Shown here one piece after another: positions 51,179-61,253 of a stretch of DNA of 64,000 nucleotides. The stretch lies in NCBI GenBank assembly GCA_963719225.1, contig CAVRAY010000001.1, positions 2,944,001-3,008,000 on the forward strand. Reading direction: 5' to 3'. The DNA comes from Thermoanaerobaculia bacterium (GTDB lineage: Bacteria > Acidobacteriota > Thermoanaerobaculia > UBA5066). A program made the position numbers and the translations under genes. Numbering within the stretch: the first letter of the stretch is position 1; each line of letters starts with the position of its first letter. The notes under the pieces were generated by a model. That model was not told where the DNA came from, did no database searches, and saw only the letters and a list, made by a program, of their open reading frames with translations.

Positions 51179-51882
51179 GAGATCCTGTAGGCCGGTTGAG
51201 GCCTGCGGGACGGCCGAAAGACCAGCGCCCAGGCGACGCCGAAGACGAATCCGCCGACGTGCGCCCAGAATGCGACGCCCCCCTGCGAAGCCGCCGCCCG
51301 GCCGGCACGCGTGAGCTGCTCCGATCCCATCCAGAACTGCAGCGCGAACCATCCGAGGAGATAGACGCCGGCGGGGACCTCCACGACGGGAAAAAGGACG
51401 AACAGCGGGACGACGGTCACGATGCGGGCGCGCGGGTAATAGACGAGGTACGCCCCGAGGACGCCCGCGATCGCTCCCGAAGCGCCCAGGTTCGGGATCG
51501 CCGACGACGGCGAAAGGAACGCCTGCAGGAGGGTCGCGCACAGGCCCGCCGCGAGGTAGAAGACGAGAAACCGGAAGTGACCGAGCGCGTCCTCGACGTT
51601 GTCGCCGAAGATCCAGAGGAAAAGCATGTTTCCGAGCAGGTGCAAAAGCCCGCCGTGCAGGAACATCGCGGTGAAGATCGTGACGACCGCGGCCGAGAAC
51701 GTCCAGCCGGCGAGCTCGGGGTGAAAGAACCGGAGAGGAATGAACGCGAAGGTGTCGAGGAACGCGTCCAGGGTCTCGCCCTGCAGGATCTCAAGGAAGA
51801 AGGCCGCGACGTTCGCGACGACGAGGAGCCGTGTGACGAAGGGAACGGTCCGCGTCCGGATCGTGTCGCGGAGCGGGATCAT
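51175..51882 (-). CDS. Rhomboid family intramembrane serine protease
   Basis: MFLHGGLLHLLGNMLFLWIFGDNVE, GASGA, AHVGGF. Confidence 0.95.
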   Translation of the reverse strand: MIPLRDTIRTRTVPFVTRLLVVANVAAFFLEILQGETLDAFLDTFAFIPLRFFHPELAGWTFSAAVVTIFTAMFLHGGLLHLLGNMLFLWIFGDNVEDALGHFRFLVFYLAAGLCATLLQAFLSPSSAIPNLGASGAIAGVLGAYLVYYPRARIVTVVPLFVLFPVVEVPAGVYLLGWFALQFWMGSEQLTRAGRAAASQGGVAFWAHVGGFVFGVAWALVFRPSRRPQPAYRIS

Positions 51883-51920
51883 GAACGATCCATATCGGGG
51901 CGCGCGCGAGGCGCGGGCGC

Positions 51921-52208
51921 CTACTTCCGCCGCTTGTTCAGCAGGTCCTTGAGGTCCTTGCCGGCGCGAAAGCGCGCGACCTTCGCCGCGGCGATGCGGA
52001 TCGTGGCCTTCGTTCGAGGGTTGATTCCCGCGCGCGCCTTTCGGTCGGCCACGTGAAAGACGCCGAGACCGGGAATCGCGACGCGCAGGCCCTTCTTCAG
52101 GTTTCCGGTGACGGCGTTCACGACCGAGTCGAGCGCCGCAGTCGCGTCCTTCCGCGTCAGGCCCGTGTCGTTCGCAATTGCATCCACGATGTCGGCTTTG
52201 CCCGCCAT
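51921..52208 (-). CDS. HU family DNA-binding protein
   Basis: KADIVDAIA...IPGLGVF...RKARAGINPRT...F.AGKDLKD; AAGGAG RBS. Confidence 0.93.
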   Translation of the reverse strand: MAGKADIVDAIANDTGLTRKDATAALDSVVNAVTGNLKKGLRVAIPGLGVFHVADRKARAGINPRTKATIRIAAAKVARFRAGKDLKDLLNKRRK

Positions 52209-52250
52209 GGGGTCTCCTTCTGGCTTTCGCGGTCGCCGGGAAGCGCCGGC

Positions 52251-52279
52251 AATGTAGGCTCGGCCCCGGGCCTTGTCAA
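52251..52279 (-). promoter_or_regulatory. Sigma70 promoter of the HU-rhomboid operon
   Basis: TTGACA (52279-52274), 17 nt, TACATT (52256-52251). Confidence 0.75.
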
Positions 52280-53622
52280 CGCGGGGATTCGCGGCGAAGA
52301 ACGGCCGCCGTGAATCCGTCGTGCGTGCTCCCCGGCAGGATGCGGACGAGGCCATCGCGCGAGACGGCGGCCGCGAGCGGCGCGGGAAGGCCCGCCGCGC
52401 CGGGGACGACGGGGCGGAAGTCCGGCCTCCTTCCGAGGAGCGCGGCCAGCACCTCCTCGTTTTCCTCACGCTCCAACGAGCACGTCACGTAGACGAGCGT
52501 GCCGCCCGGCGCGACGAGGTCGAGCGCCGCTGCGAGGAGCCGCCGCTGGGTCTCGGCGAACCCGGTCAGGTCCTGCGGCTTCAGGCGAAGCCGGATCTCG
52601 GGGTTCTTGCGGAGCGTGCCGGTTCCGGAGCACGGAGCGTCGAGGAGAATCGAGGCGAACCGGCCGACGGGCAGGGGCGGGCGGGCCGCGTCCGCCAGGA
52701 CGACGAGCGCCTCAGGTCGACGTCCGGCAGCTCTCAGGTTGGCGGCGAGCCTGACCGCGCGCGAAACGGACTTCTCGAGCGCGATGACGCCGCGCGCCCG
52801 CCTCGTCGCGAGAAGGGTGCGCGTCTTGCCGCCTGGGGCCGCGGCGAGGTCGATCACGACCTCGGCCGCCGGAACGAGCTCCACCATCGCCTGTGCCGCC
52901 ACGTCGACGACCGCGAGCTCGCCGGATGCGACGCGGGAATTCGAAACGGCATTTCCCGCCGTCACCGTGAGCGCGAGCGGGGCCCACGGCGAACGCACGG
53001 CCTCGACGCCGTCCGCCGCGAGACGCCGGAGGATCTCCTCGGGGGTCCCGGCGCGGGGATCCGCCAGGAGGTCGATCGGCGCGTCCTCGTCGTCGGCCGC
53101 CAGCGCGGCCCGGGCCGCTTCTTCGCCGAATGCCGCGACCCAACGCGCCACGAGCCATTCCGGATGCGACGTCTCGAGCGCGAGCCGGCGGATGGGATCG
53201 ACTTTCCCCGAAAGGACGACGGCGCCGGGCCGCGCCTCTTTCTCGGCCACCCGGCGGAGAACGGCGTTCACGAGGCCTGCCGCCTTCGGCGCGAAGCTTC
53301 GCATCGCGGCCACGGTCTCTCCGACGGCGGCGTGCGGCGGCACGCGATCCATGAGAAGGAGCTGGGCAGCCCCGAGGCGAAGCGCTGCGAGAACCGCCGG
53401 CTCGAGCGACTCCGGCGTCTGCCGGAGATGTCGCGACAGGACGTGGTCGAGACGGATGGCGCCCCGAAGCGTCTTTTTCACGAGCGCGCGCAGAAAGTCG
53501 CGGTCGCGCGGCGGAAGGTCGCGACCGCGTGCGTCCAGAAGAGGCGAGGCGTGCGCGCCGTCCCGGGCCACGCGCACGAGAATTCCGAGCGCCCGCTCGC
53601 GGACGGGCCGCGTATCGCCCAT
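52276..53622 (-). CDS. rsmB: 16S rRNA m5C967 methyltransferase RsmB (NusB domain plus methyltransferase)
   Basis: VNAVLRR, SHPEWL, DLAAAPGGKT, LLDAPCSGTG, YVTCS; downstream of fmt. Confidence 0.9.
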   Translation of the reverse strand: MGDTRPVRERALGILVRVARDGAHASPLLDARGRDLPPRDRDFLRALVKKTLRGAIRLDHVLSRHLRQTPESLEPAVLAALRLGAAQLLLMDRVPPHAAVGETVAAMRSFAPKAAGLVNAVLRRVAEKEARPGAVVLSGKVDPIRRLALETSHPEWLVARWVAAFGEEAARAALAADDEDAPIDLLADPRAGTPEEILRRLAADGVEAVRSPWAPLALTVTAGNAVSNSRVASGELAVVDVAAQAMVELVPAAEVVIDLAAAPGGKTRTLLATRRARGVIALEKSVSRAVRLAANLRAAGRRPEALVVLADAARPPLPVGRFASILLDAPCSGTGTLRKNPEIRLRLKPQDLTGFAETQRRLLAAALDLVAPGGTLVYVTCSLEREENEEVLAALLGRRPDFRPVVPGAAGLPAPLAAAVSRDGLVRILPGSTHDGFTAAVLRRESPR

Positions 53623-54650
53623 CAGCCCCACAGCTCGCCGGGTGCGACGCGCTCGCCGCGCACGAACTCGGCCGCGGCGAGCGGCCTCCTGCCTTCGGAC
53701 TGCAACGTCGCAATCGAGACTGCCCCTTCGCCGCACGCGACGACGATGCGCAGGCCCGCTTCGAGGAGAACCCCCGGGGTTTCTTTGCTCCCTCGCGCAA
53801 CGGAGGCATCTCGCGCGATCGGCGTGAGGCCCGAGAGCTTCAGGCGCGTATTCCTTCGAAAGGTGAAGAGACCAGGCCACGGAGTGAAGGCACGGTCTCG
53901 GCGCGCCAGCTCGGCCGCGGGCCGGGCCCAGTCGACACGGCCGTCCTCGCGGGCGATCTTCGGGCAATACGTAGCCAAGGAAGAATCCTGAGGAAGAGGA
54001 GGAGAGAAGATTTTCTTGGAAGGCGCGGGGGGCGCCGGCACCTCCGCGCCGCCGATGCCGCGCGGCATCAGCGGTGCGGTTGCGTCGGGCAATTCACCTT
54101 CTAAGAAATACAACGTTTCCACCAGTAAACCCGCACCTAACTGCGCCAGCCGCGCGCCGAGGGAAGCAGAATCTTCTCTCTCCCCGATCCTCGTCTCCCG
54201 CGTCGCGTAGACCGGGCCGGTGTCCATCCCGGCGTCCATCTTCATGATCGAGACACCGGTGACCTCCTCTCCCGCGAGGATGGCCGCCTGCACCGGCGAG
54301 GCCCCGCGCCAGCGCGGGAGGAGCGAGCCGTGCACGTTCAGGCAGCCGAGCCGCGGGAGGTCGAGCACCCTCTGCGCCAGGATTTTTCCGTACGCGACGA
54401 CCACGAAGGCGTCGGCACGAGCCTCGGCGAGGCGCGCGACCGCGGCGTCATCCTTCAGCGTAGAAGGCTGGAAGACGTGGATTCCCAGCGACTTCGCCCT
54501 TGCAGCGACGGGCGGATCGGTCACCTCGCCTTTTCGCCCGACGGGTTTTCCCGGCTGGGAAACGACGAGCGGCACGCGATGACCCGCAGCGAGCATCGCC
54601 TCGAGCGTCGGGAGAGCGAAAGGCGGCGATCCGAAAAAAATTATTTGCAC
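53622..54650 (-). CDS. fmt: Methionyl-tRNA formyltransferase, carrying an internal insert of about 28 aa
   Basis: FFGSPPFA, VVAYGKIL, NVHGSLLPRWRGASP, MDAGMDTG, PWPG. Confidence 0.95.
   Translation of the reverse strand: MQIIFFGSPPFALPTLEAMLAAGHRVPLVVSQPGKPVGRKGEVTDPPVAARAKSLGIHVFQPSTLKDDAAVARLAEARADAFVVVAYGKILAQRVLDLPRLGCLNVHGSLLPRWRGASPVQAAILAGEEVTGVSIMKMDAGMDTGPVYATRETRIGEREDSASLGARLAQLGAGLLVETLYFLEGELPDATAPLMPRGIGGAEVPAPPAPSKKIFSPPLPQDSSLATYCPKIAREDGRVDWARPAAELARRDRAFTPWPGLFTFRRNTRLKLSGLTPIARDASVARGSKETPGVLLEAGLRIVVACGEGAVSIATLQSEGRRPLAAAEFVRGERVAPGELWG
54044..54079. repeat. REP-like palindrome inside the fmt insert
   Basis: Perfect 16-bp palindrome GATGCCGCGCGGCATC (54054-54069), extending with one mismatch and one G-T pair to 54044-54079. 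Confidence 0.75.
54095..54107 (+). repeat. Dispersed motif CACCTTCTAAGAA, in fmt
   Basis: Exact 13-mer, read as YFLEGE; degenerate inverted partner TTTCTTGGAAGGCG at 54012-54025. Confidence 0.8.
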
Positions 54651-54738
54651 CGCGCGAGTGTATCGACACGAAACCTCGTTTTCCCTCTAGAATGCGCGCA
54701 TCCCGAACCGGGAGCGAATCAAGAAAGGACGGAATCAA

Positions 54739-55026
54739 ATGGCTGGAATGACGAAATCGCAGATCGCGGAGGCCCTCGCGGAGAAGACGGGCCTCACGAA
54801 GAAGGCTTCGGCGCAATACCTCGAGGAGCTCGCCGCTCTCGCCTACAAGGGCGCCAAGAACTCCTTCACGTTGCCTGGCCTCGGCAAGCTCGTGCTGGTG
54901 AACCGCAAGGCGCGCATGGGTCGCAACCCCGCGACCGGCGAGGCGATCAAGATCCCGGCGAAGCGCGTCGTGAAGTTCCGCGTCGCGAAAGCCGCCAAAG
55001 ACGCGATCCTCGGCGCAAAGAAGTAG
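54739..55026 (+). CDS. HU family DNA-binding protein
   Basis: MTKSQIAEALAEK...LPGLGKL...RKARMGRNPATGEAIKIPAKRVVKF. Confidence 0.95.
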   Translation: MAGMTKSQIAEALAEKTGLTKKASAQYLEELAALAYKGAKNSFTLPGLGKLVLVNRKARMGRNPATGEAIKIPAKRVVKFRVAKAAKDAILGAKK

Positions 55027-55036
55027 CGCGATAGCG

Positions 55037-55061
55037 TGCCCGCGGCCTCCGGCCGCGGGCA
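55037..55061. terminator. Hairpin between convergent HU and ftsK (probable bidirectional terminator)
   Basis: TGCCCGCGGCC-TCC-GGCCGCGGGCA, 11-bp perfect stem; no clear U tract. Confidence 0.6.
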
Positions 55062-55071
55062 TCGAGATTTC

Positions 55072-57495
55072 CTACGACCGTCGGTTGCGGTCGATCTCCT
55101 CGAAGTAGTCCGTCGGAACGAGGATCTCGCGGCTCCTGCTCCCGCCCGCGGGCGGTCCCACGATTCCGTCGCGCTGCATCATGTCGATGAGCTTGCCGGC
55201 GCGCGAGAAACCGATCTCGAGCCTCCGCTGCAAGAACGAGATCGATGCCATGCGCTCCCGCACGACGAGGCGCGCCGCCTGGTCGTAGATCGGATCCGTG
55301 TCGTCAGAGTCCGCCCTGAGGCCGCCGGCCGCGCCTTGTGATTCGCGGTCGACCGTCACGCTCTCGTCGTAGATCGGCTTGCCCTGCTTTTTCAGGAACC
55401 GGCAGATTTCCTTCGTCTCCTCGCCGCTGATGAAGCCGCCGTGCACGCGCATGAGATACGACGTTCCGGCGGCGAGATACAGCATGTCCCCCTGGCCGAG
55501 GAGAGACTCGGCGCCCATCGAGTCGAGGATCGTGCGTGAGTCGATCTTCGTCCGCGCCGTGTAGGCGACCCGGCACGGCAGGTTCGCCTTGATCGTGCCC
55601 GTGATGACGTCCACGGATGGGCGCTGCGTTGCGAGGACGAGGTGGACGCCCACGGCCCGGGCTTTCTGCGCGAGGCGCGCGACGGACTCCTCGATCTCGC
55701 GCGGCGCCGTCATCATGAGATCTGCGAGCTCGTCGATGACGATCACGATGTACGGCATCGGGGAGATCGCGCCGGTCTCGTCGGCTTTCAGCCTTTCGCC
55801 GAGCTTCTCCCTCACCTCGGCCACCGAGCGCGGATCGCGGATCGCGGCGTTGTACTGCTCGATGTTGCGCACGCCGGGCCACTCCGACAGGAGCTTGTAG
55901 CGGCCTTCCATCTCGTCCACGGCCCACTTGAGCGCATTCGCGGCCTTCTTGGGGTCCGTGATGACCGGCACGAGCAGATGCGGAAGGTCCTCGTAGTCCT
56001 TCATGTCGTTCATCTTGGGATCGACGAAGATGAACTTGACCTCGTCCGGGCGTGCCTTGAAGAGGATGGAGGTGATCATCCCGGAGACGCCCACGCTCTT
56101 CCCGGCTCCCGTTTGACCCGCGACGAGGAGGTGCGGCATCCGCCCGAGGTCCGCGACGACGGGCTCGCCGTGCACGTCGATGCCGAGCGCGATCGTGAGG
56201 AGCGACGGAGAGCGCCGGAATTTCTCGCTTTCGATGACCTCCCGCAGCGCGATGAGGTCGCGGCTTCGATTCGGAACCTCGATCCCGATCGCGGCGCGGC
56301 CCGGCATCCGCTCGATGCGGACCTTTTCCGCCGCGAGCGCGAGCGCGAGGTCGTTCTCGAGGGACGCAACCTGCGAGACCTTGACGCCCGCGGACGGCTT
56401 GAACTCGTAGGTCGTGACGACGGGCCCCGGCGTGTAGGCGTCCACGGCGCCCTCGACGCCGAACTCGAGGCATTTGGCCGCGATGAGCTCCATCGTCTGC
56501 CGGAATTCCTCGCGGTCGCTTTCCCGGTCCCGCTTCGGGGCGGCGCGGAGCAGCTTCGCGGGCGGAAAAACCCAGCCGGAGGAATCCCGCGGGGCCGGAA
56601 AAGGCAGGATCCTCTGCGGGGCGTCCGCCTTCTTCTCGAGCCGCGCCGGCCGGGCCACGGGTCTCGGCGGCTCGATTTCGGCGCCGCCTGCCTTCCGGAT
56701 CGAGAAGCGTCCCTCTCCCGCCTTTTCCTTGACGCGGAGCGTGGCGACCGAGGGGATGTAGACGAGGTCCCCCTCCGGCTCCGCCGCCTTCTCGGGCGTC
56801 GGCCGCGTGGCGTCCTCTTTCGCGCGCTCGAGATGCTTCTTCACGACGTCCCGCCGCTGTTTCTCCTTGAGGACGAGCTCACGGCGGCGCCGGCGCTCGA
56901 GCAGGAGAGAACGCCACCAGCCCGAGAGCCGCAGCGTCGTACCCGAAAGGCCGTCGCCGAGAGAGAGGGAGGTGGCGAGGAGCAGCCCGATGAGAAGGCC
57001 GGCGGACAGGAGGATCGCGGCACCCGGAGGGTTGAGCGCCGAAACCGCGAACGAGCCGAGGAGGTCGCCCACGAAGCCGCCCGCGTCGAGCCCGCCTCCG
57101 AACGCCCGGGGGCGCCCGAAAGCGAGGTGCGCGAGAGGCGCGAGCGTCACGACGACGAGCGCGATGCCCACGCCCTTCGTGCCCCAGCCGCCGACCTGCC
57201 TCGAACGAAAGCGCCGCCAGCCGAGAACGAGGAGCGCGAGAGGCGCGACGATCGCCGCGAGACCGAAGAACTGGAGGCTGCCGTCCGCGAACGTGGCGCC
57301 GAAGCGCCCCGCCCAGTTGCGTGGCCGGAGCCCCTGGTCGTTCACGGCCGAGAAGAGCGAGGGGTCGTTCGGGTGATACGAGACGAGCGCCGCGAGCAGA
57401 ACGAGGCCCGCGGCGAGGAGAACGATTCCGAGAAACTCGTCCCGCCGCCGCACGAGGGCCGACGGAGGAGGCGCGGTCTTGAGCGCGGTCGCCAT
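55072..57495 (-). CDS. ftsK: DNA translocase FtsK
   Basis: 4TM N-domain, MPHLLVAGQTGAGKS, IDELADLMM, LATQRPSVDVITG, gamma domain LQRRLEIGFSRAG. Confidence 0.97.
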   Translation of the reverse strand: MATALKTAPPPSALVRRRDEFLGIVLLAAGLVLLAALVSYHPNDPSLFSAVNDQGLRPRNWAGRFGATFADGSLQFFGLAAIVAPLALLVLGWRRFRSRQVGGWGTKGVGIALVVVTLAPLAHLAFGRPRAFGGGLDAGGFVGDLLGSFAVSALNPPGAAILLSAGLLIGLLLATSLSLGDGLSGTTLRLSGWWRSLLLERRRRRELVLKEKQRRDVVKKHLERAKEDATRPTPEKAAEPEGDLVYIPSVATLRVKEKAGEGRFSIRKAGGAEIEPPRPVARPARLEKKADAPQRILPFPAPRDSSGWVFPPAKLLRAAPKRDRESDREEFRQTMELIAAKCLEFGVEGAVDAYTPGPVVTTYEFKPSAGVKVSQVASLENDLALALAAEKVRIERMPGRAAIGIEVPNRSRDLIALREVIESEKFRRSPSLLTIALGIDVHGEPVVADLGRMPHLLVAGQTGAGKSVGVSGMITSILFKARPDEVKFIFVDPKMNDMKDYEDLPHLLVPVITDPKKAANALKWAVDEMEGRYKLLSEWPGVRNIEQYNAAIRDPRSVAEVREKLGERLKADETGAISPMPYIVIVIDELADLMMTAPREIEESVARLAQKARAVGVHLVLATQRPSVDVITGTIKANLPCRVAYTARTKIDSRTILDSMGAESLLGQGDMLYLAAGTSYLMRVHGGFISGEETKEICRFLKKQGKPIYDESVTVDRESQGAAGGLRADSDDTDPIYDQAARLVVRERMASISFLQRRLEIGFSRAGKLIDMMQRDGIVGPPAGGSRSREILVPTDYFEEIDRNRRS

Positions 57496-58370
57496 CACGA
57501 AACGCCCTTCAGCTCCCCGGCGAATCCCGACGAGATCCGCTCGCCGAGGAGGACGAGCACGAGACCGAGCACGGCGCAGTAGACGATGAACGGTGTCAGG
57601 CGCATCGAGATGACGAGCTTCAGGAGGACCCCGACGGCGAAGTACCCGACCACCGCAGAGACGAGCATCCCGACTCCGTAGGCAGGGAGAGAGCCTCCGT
57701 CGGCGAGTGGGCCCGTGTGGTGTCGGTACGCGTGCAGGTTCTCCACGGCCGCTGCCGCGAGGATCGTCGGAATCGAGAGGAGAAACGAGAACTCCGCCGC
57801 TGCCCGCCGCGACAGTCCGGAGAGGAGGCCGACGGAGATCGTGTTCCCCGAGCGCGAGAGGCCGTGGAAGATCGCCGAAAGGGCCTGGCAGGCCCCCATG
57901 ACGGAAGCATCGCGCGGACGAATTTCTTCGAGCGTGAGACCGCCCTCGCCGCGGCGCCGGCCGATCCTCTGGGCCAACAGGAGCAACACCGACGTGGCGC
58001 AAAGCGCGGCTCCCATTCGACGGAATTCCGTCATCCCCGAGACCGCGACGCCCTTGAATGGCATCGCGACCACGCCCGTGAGCGCGACCGCAAGGAAGAG
58101 GAGCCCCGCGAGGCGCCACGCCGAACGGCGCTCGGACGCGTCGCCCGACACGAGCCCCGCGAGCGTCTTGCCCAGCCGCTCGCGGAAATACAGCACGACC
58201 GCCGCGAGCGTGCCGACGTGAAGGAGGACGTCGAAGAGGATTCCGGGCTGCGCGAACCCGGGAAGGAAGCGCTGCGCGAGCGCCAGATGCGCCGTCGAGG
58301 AGACGGGCAGAAACTCGGTCAGGCCCTGCACGACGCCGAGCAGGACGGCCTGGCCGACGGTCACCGACAT
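57495..58370 (-). CDS. uppP: Undecaprenyl-diphosphate phosphatase
   Basis: QGLTEFLPVSSTAH, GLSRSG, AAEFSFLLSIP. Confidence 0.93.
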   Translation of the reverse strand: MSVTVGQAVLLGVVQGLTEFLPVSSTAHLALAQRFLPGFAQPGILFDVLLHVGTLAAVVLYFRERLGKTLAGLVSGDASERRSAWRLAGLLFLAVALTGVVAMPFKGVAVSGMTEFRRMGAALCATSVLLLLAQRIGRRRGEGGLTLEEIRPRDASVMGACQALSAIFHGLSRSGNTISVGLLSGLSRRAAAEFSFLLSIPTILAAAAVENLHAYRHHTGPLADGGSLPAYGVGMLVSAVVGYFAVGVLLKLVISMRLTPFIVYCAVLGLVLVLLGERISSGFAGELKGVS

Positions 58371-58406
58371 CGACGAATTGTAGCAGGCGGTGTCGCGGTT
58401 CTCGGG

Positions 58407-59213
58407 CTACTTGCCGGGTGGTCCGAGCCTCGGCGCGAGCGCGCGAAAGACGTCCAGTCCGAGCGTTTCCGCTCGCGTCGTCGAGGGAAGTCCGGCGTCC
58501 GCGACCGCCGAAATCGCGCGCTCGCGTCCCCAGAGCGGTGTGAGCGCGTTCACGAGAGTCTTTCGCCGCGACGTGAAGCCCGCCGAGGCCACGCGGAGCG
58601 CGTCGTCCGATCCGGCCACCGGCCCGTGAGGCACGAGCTCGAGGACGGAAGATCGCACCTTCGGAGGCGGCGAAAAATCCCCCCGCGAGACGTCGAAGAG
58701 CCGGCGCGCAGCCGCGTGCGCGCCGACGTCCAGCGTGAGAAAACCGTAGGCGTCGCCTCCCGGCTCGGCGACGATCCGGTCCGCGACTTCCTTCTGGATC
58801 ATGACGACCAGGCGGGAGAAGAGGTCCGGCCGCCGGACGAACGCACGCAGCATCGGCGTGGCGCTCTCGTACGGGAGATTGCCGACGAACGGCACCGGCG
58901 GTCGCGCGCCGATTTGCGCGAGAGTGGTCTCGATGTCGGCCTTGAGGACGTCCGCCGTCTCCACGAAGAGGGCCCGCTCGGCGAGCTCGTGCGAAAGGCG
59001 CGCCGCCAGGACGGGATCCACCTCGAAGGCGAGGACGCGCGCGCCCCGGTCGAGGAGCGGCCGTGTGAGAGCTCCGCGGCCCGGCCCCACCTCGACGACG
59101 GTCTCCCCCTCCCGGGCCCCCAGCGCGTCGAGAATTTTTTCGACCGTCGAAACGTTGACGAGGAAGTGCTGCCCCCAGCGGGGCCGGGAAAGCCGCACGC
59201 TTGACGCTCTCAC
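58407..59213 (-). CDS. rsmA: 16S rRNA m6(2)A1518/1519 dimethyltransferase RsmA/KsgA
   Basis: WGQHFL, EVGPGRGALT, GNLPY, MIQKEVA, FSPPPKVRS. Confidence 0.95.
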   Translation of the reverse strand: MRASSVRLSRPRWGQHFLVNVSTVEKILDALGAREGETVVEVGPGRGALTRPLLDRGARVLAFEVDPVLAARLSHELAERALFVETADVLKADIETTLAQIGARPPVPFVGNLPYESATPMLRAFVRRPDLFSRLVVMIQKEVADRIVAEPGGDAYGFLTLDVGAHAAARRLFDVSRGDFSPPPKVRSSVLELVPHGPVAGSDDALRVASAGFTSRRKTLVNALTPLWGRERAISAVADAGLPSTTRAETLGLDVFRALAPRLGPPGK

Positions 59214-59292
59214 ACGCCGCACCCTACCATCGAAGCTTGCGCCCGGGATCGCCCCGCCGCGACCGCACGGCCGCCAGAAAGGAACTCACGAA

Positions 59293-59622
59293 ATGTCCGC
59301 AAACGTCCTCGAGCTGAGCGAAGGGTCGTTCGAATCCACCGTCCTGAAGAGCACGAAGCCCGTCCTGGTGGACTTCTGGGCGGTCTGGTGCGGCCCCTGC
59401 CGGCAGGTGGCGCCGATCGTCGAGTCGCTCGCGTTGAAGTGGGGGGAGAAGGTCACGGTGACGAAGCTGAACGTGGACGACGTGCCTTCCGTGGCCGAGC
59501 GCTACGGAATCATGTCGATTCCCACGCTCATGCTCTTCAAGGGCGGGCAGATCGTCGAGCGCGTCGTCGGCGTCTCGCCGCAGGCCTCGCTCGAGCGCAA
59601 GTTCGAGCCGCATCTGAACTGA
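59293..59622 (+). CDS. trxA: Thioredoxin
   Basis: VLVDFWAVWCGPC, SIPTL; AAAGGAA RBS; promoter TTGACG (59201), 18 nt, TACCAT (59225). Confidence 0.95.
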   Translation: MSANVLELSEGSFESTVLKSTKPVLVDFWAVWCGPCRQVAPIVESLALKWGEKVTVTKLNVDDVPSVAERYGIMSIPTLMLFKGGQIVERVVGVSPQASLERKFEPHLN

Positions 59623-59994
59623 CTATTTCCCGGGTTTCTCTTCCTCCGGCCCCGGCATGATCTTCCGTGCGATGGGGCCGTCGGGACCGTCTTCGTAAAG
59701 GATCCTGAGGCGGGCGCCGCGCTTCGGTGTCGCCGTGATCTCGGTGTTCGCATCGATGTCGAACGCGCGGCCGGGCTGTCCGACTTCCGACAGGACGAGG
59801 AATGCCCCCGGCTCGTACCGCAGGCACGATCCCGCCGCCCGGAGGAACGGCGCCGGTGTCGGCGTCGCCGTGGGGGCGGGCGTCGGGGTGGGCGTCCGCC
59901 GCTTCTTCTTCCTCGCGGCCTCCGACACGGGCGCCGAGAGGAAGAGCACCGCAAGTGCGAGACACGCGAAGCGGGCGGATGCCGGGAAAGCCAT
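59623..59994 (-). CDS. Hypothetical exported protein with a Pro/Thr linker
   Basis: MAFPASARFACLALAVLFLSAPVSEA signal, RKKKRR, TPTPTPAPTATPTP, small beta-rich domain. Confidence 0.65.
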   Translation of the reverse strand: MAFPASARFACLALAVLFLSAPVSEAARKKKRRTPTPTPAPTATPTPAPFLRAAGSCLRYEPGAFLVLSEVGQPGRAFDIDANTEITATPKRGARLRILYEDGPDGPIARKIMPGPEEEKPGK

Positions 59995-60151
59995 CCGTTC
60001 GAGGATAACCGCGAGACCCGGGTTATCCTTACCCGAGCTCGGAACGGGCGAAATCAGCTCCGGACGCCCCGGCATCCCGCTTGCTGTACTTGACTTCCGG
60101 CCGTTCCCCGATGCCGATTCGGCGTCGAAATGAAGCCTTCGAAGGGACAGG

Positions 60152-61186
<1,035 letters not shown>

Positions 61187-61253
61187 TGGACGCGGTGGAA
61201 CGCGCCGAGTCGTGCCTCTCCCTCAGGGGGCTCTAGCCCCCTCGGACCCCCGC

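Noticed and set aside
60036-60150. Possible c-di-GMP-I riboswitch in the moxR leader (GGGCGAAA...GACGC)
   Set aside because: It lacks the GNRA-capped P2 stem and the GCAAAGC/P3 features; the resemblance is superficial.
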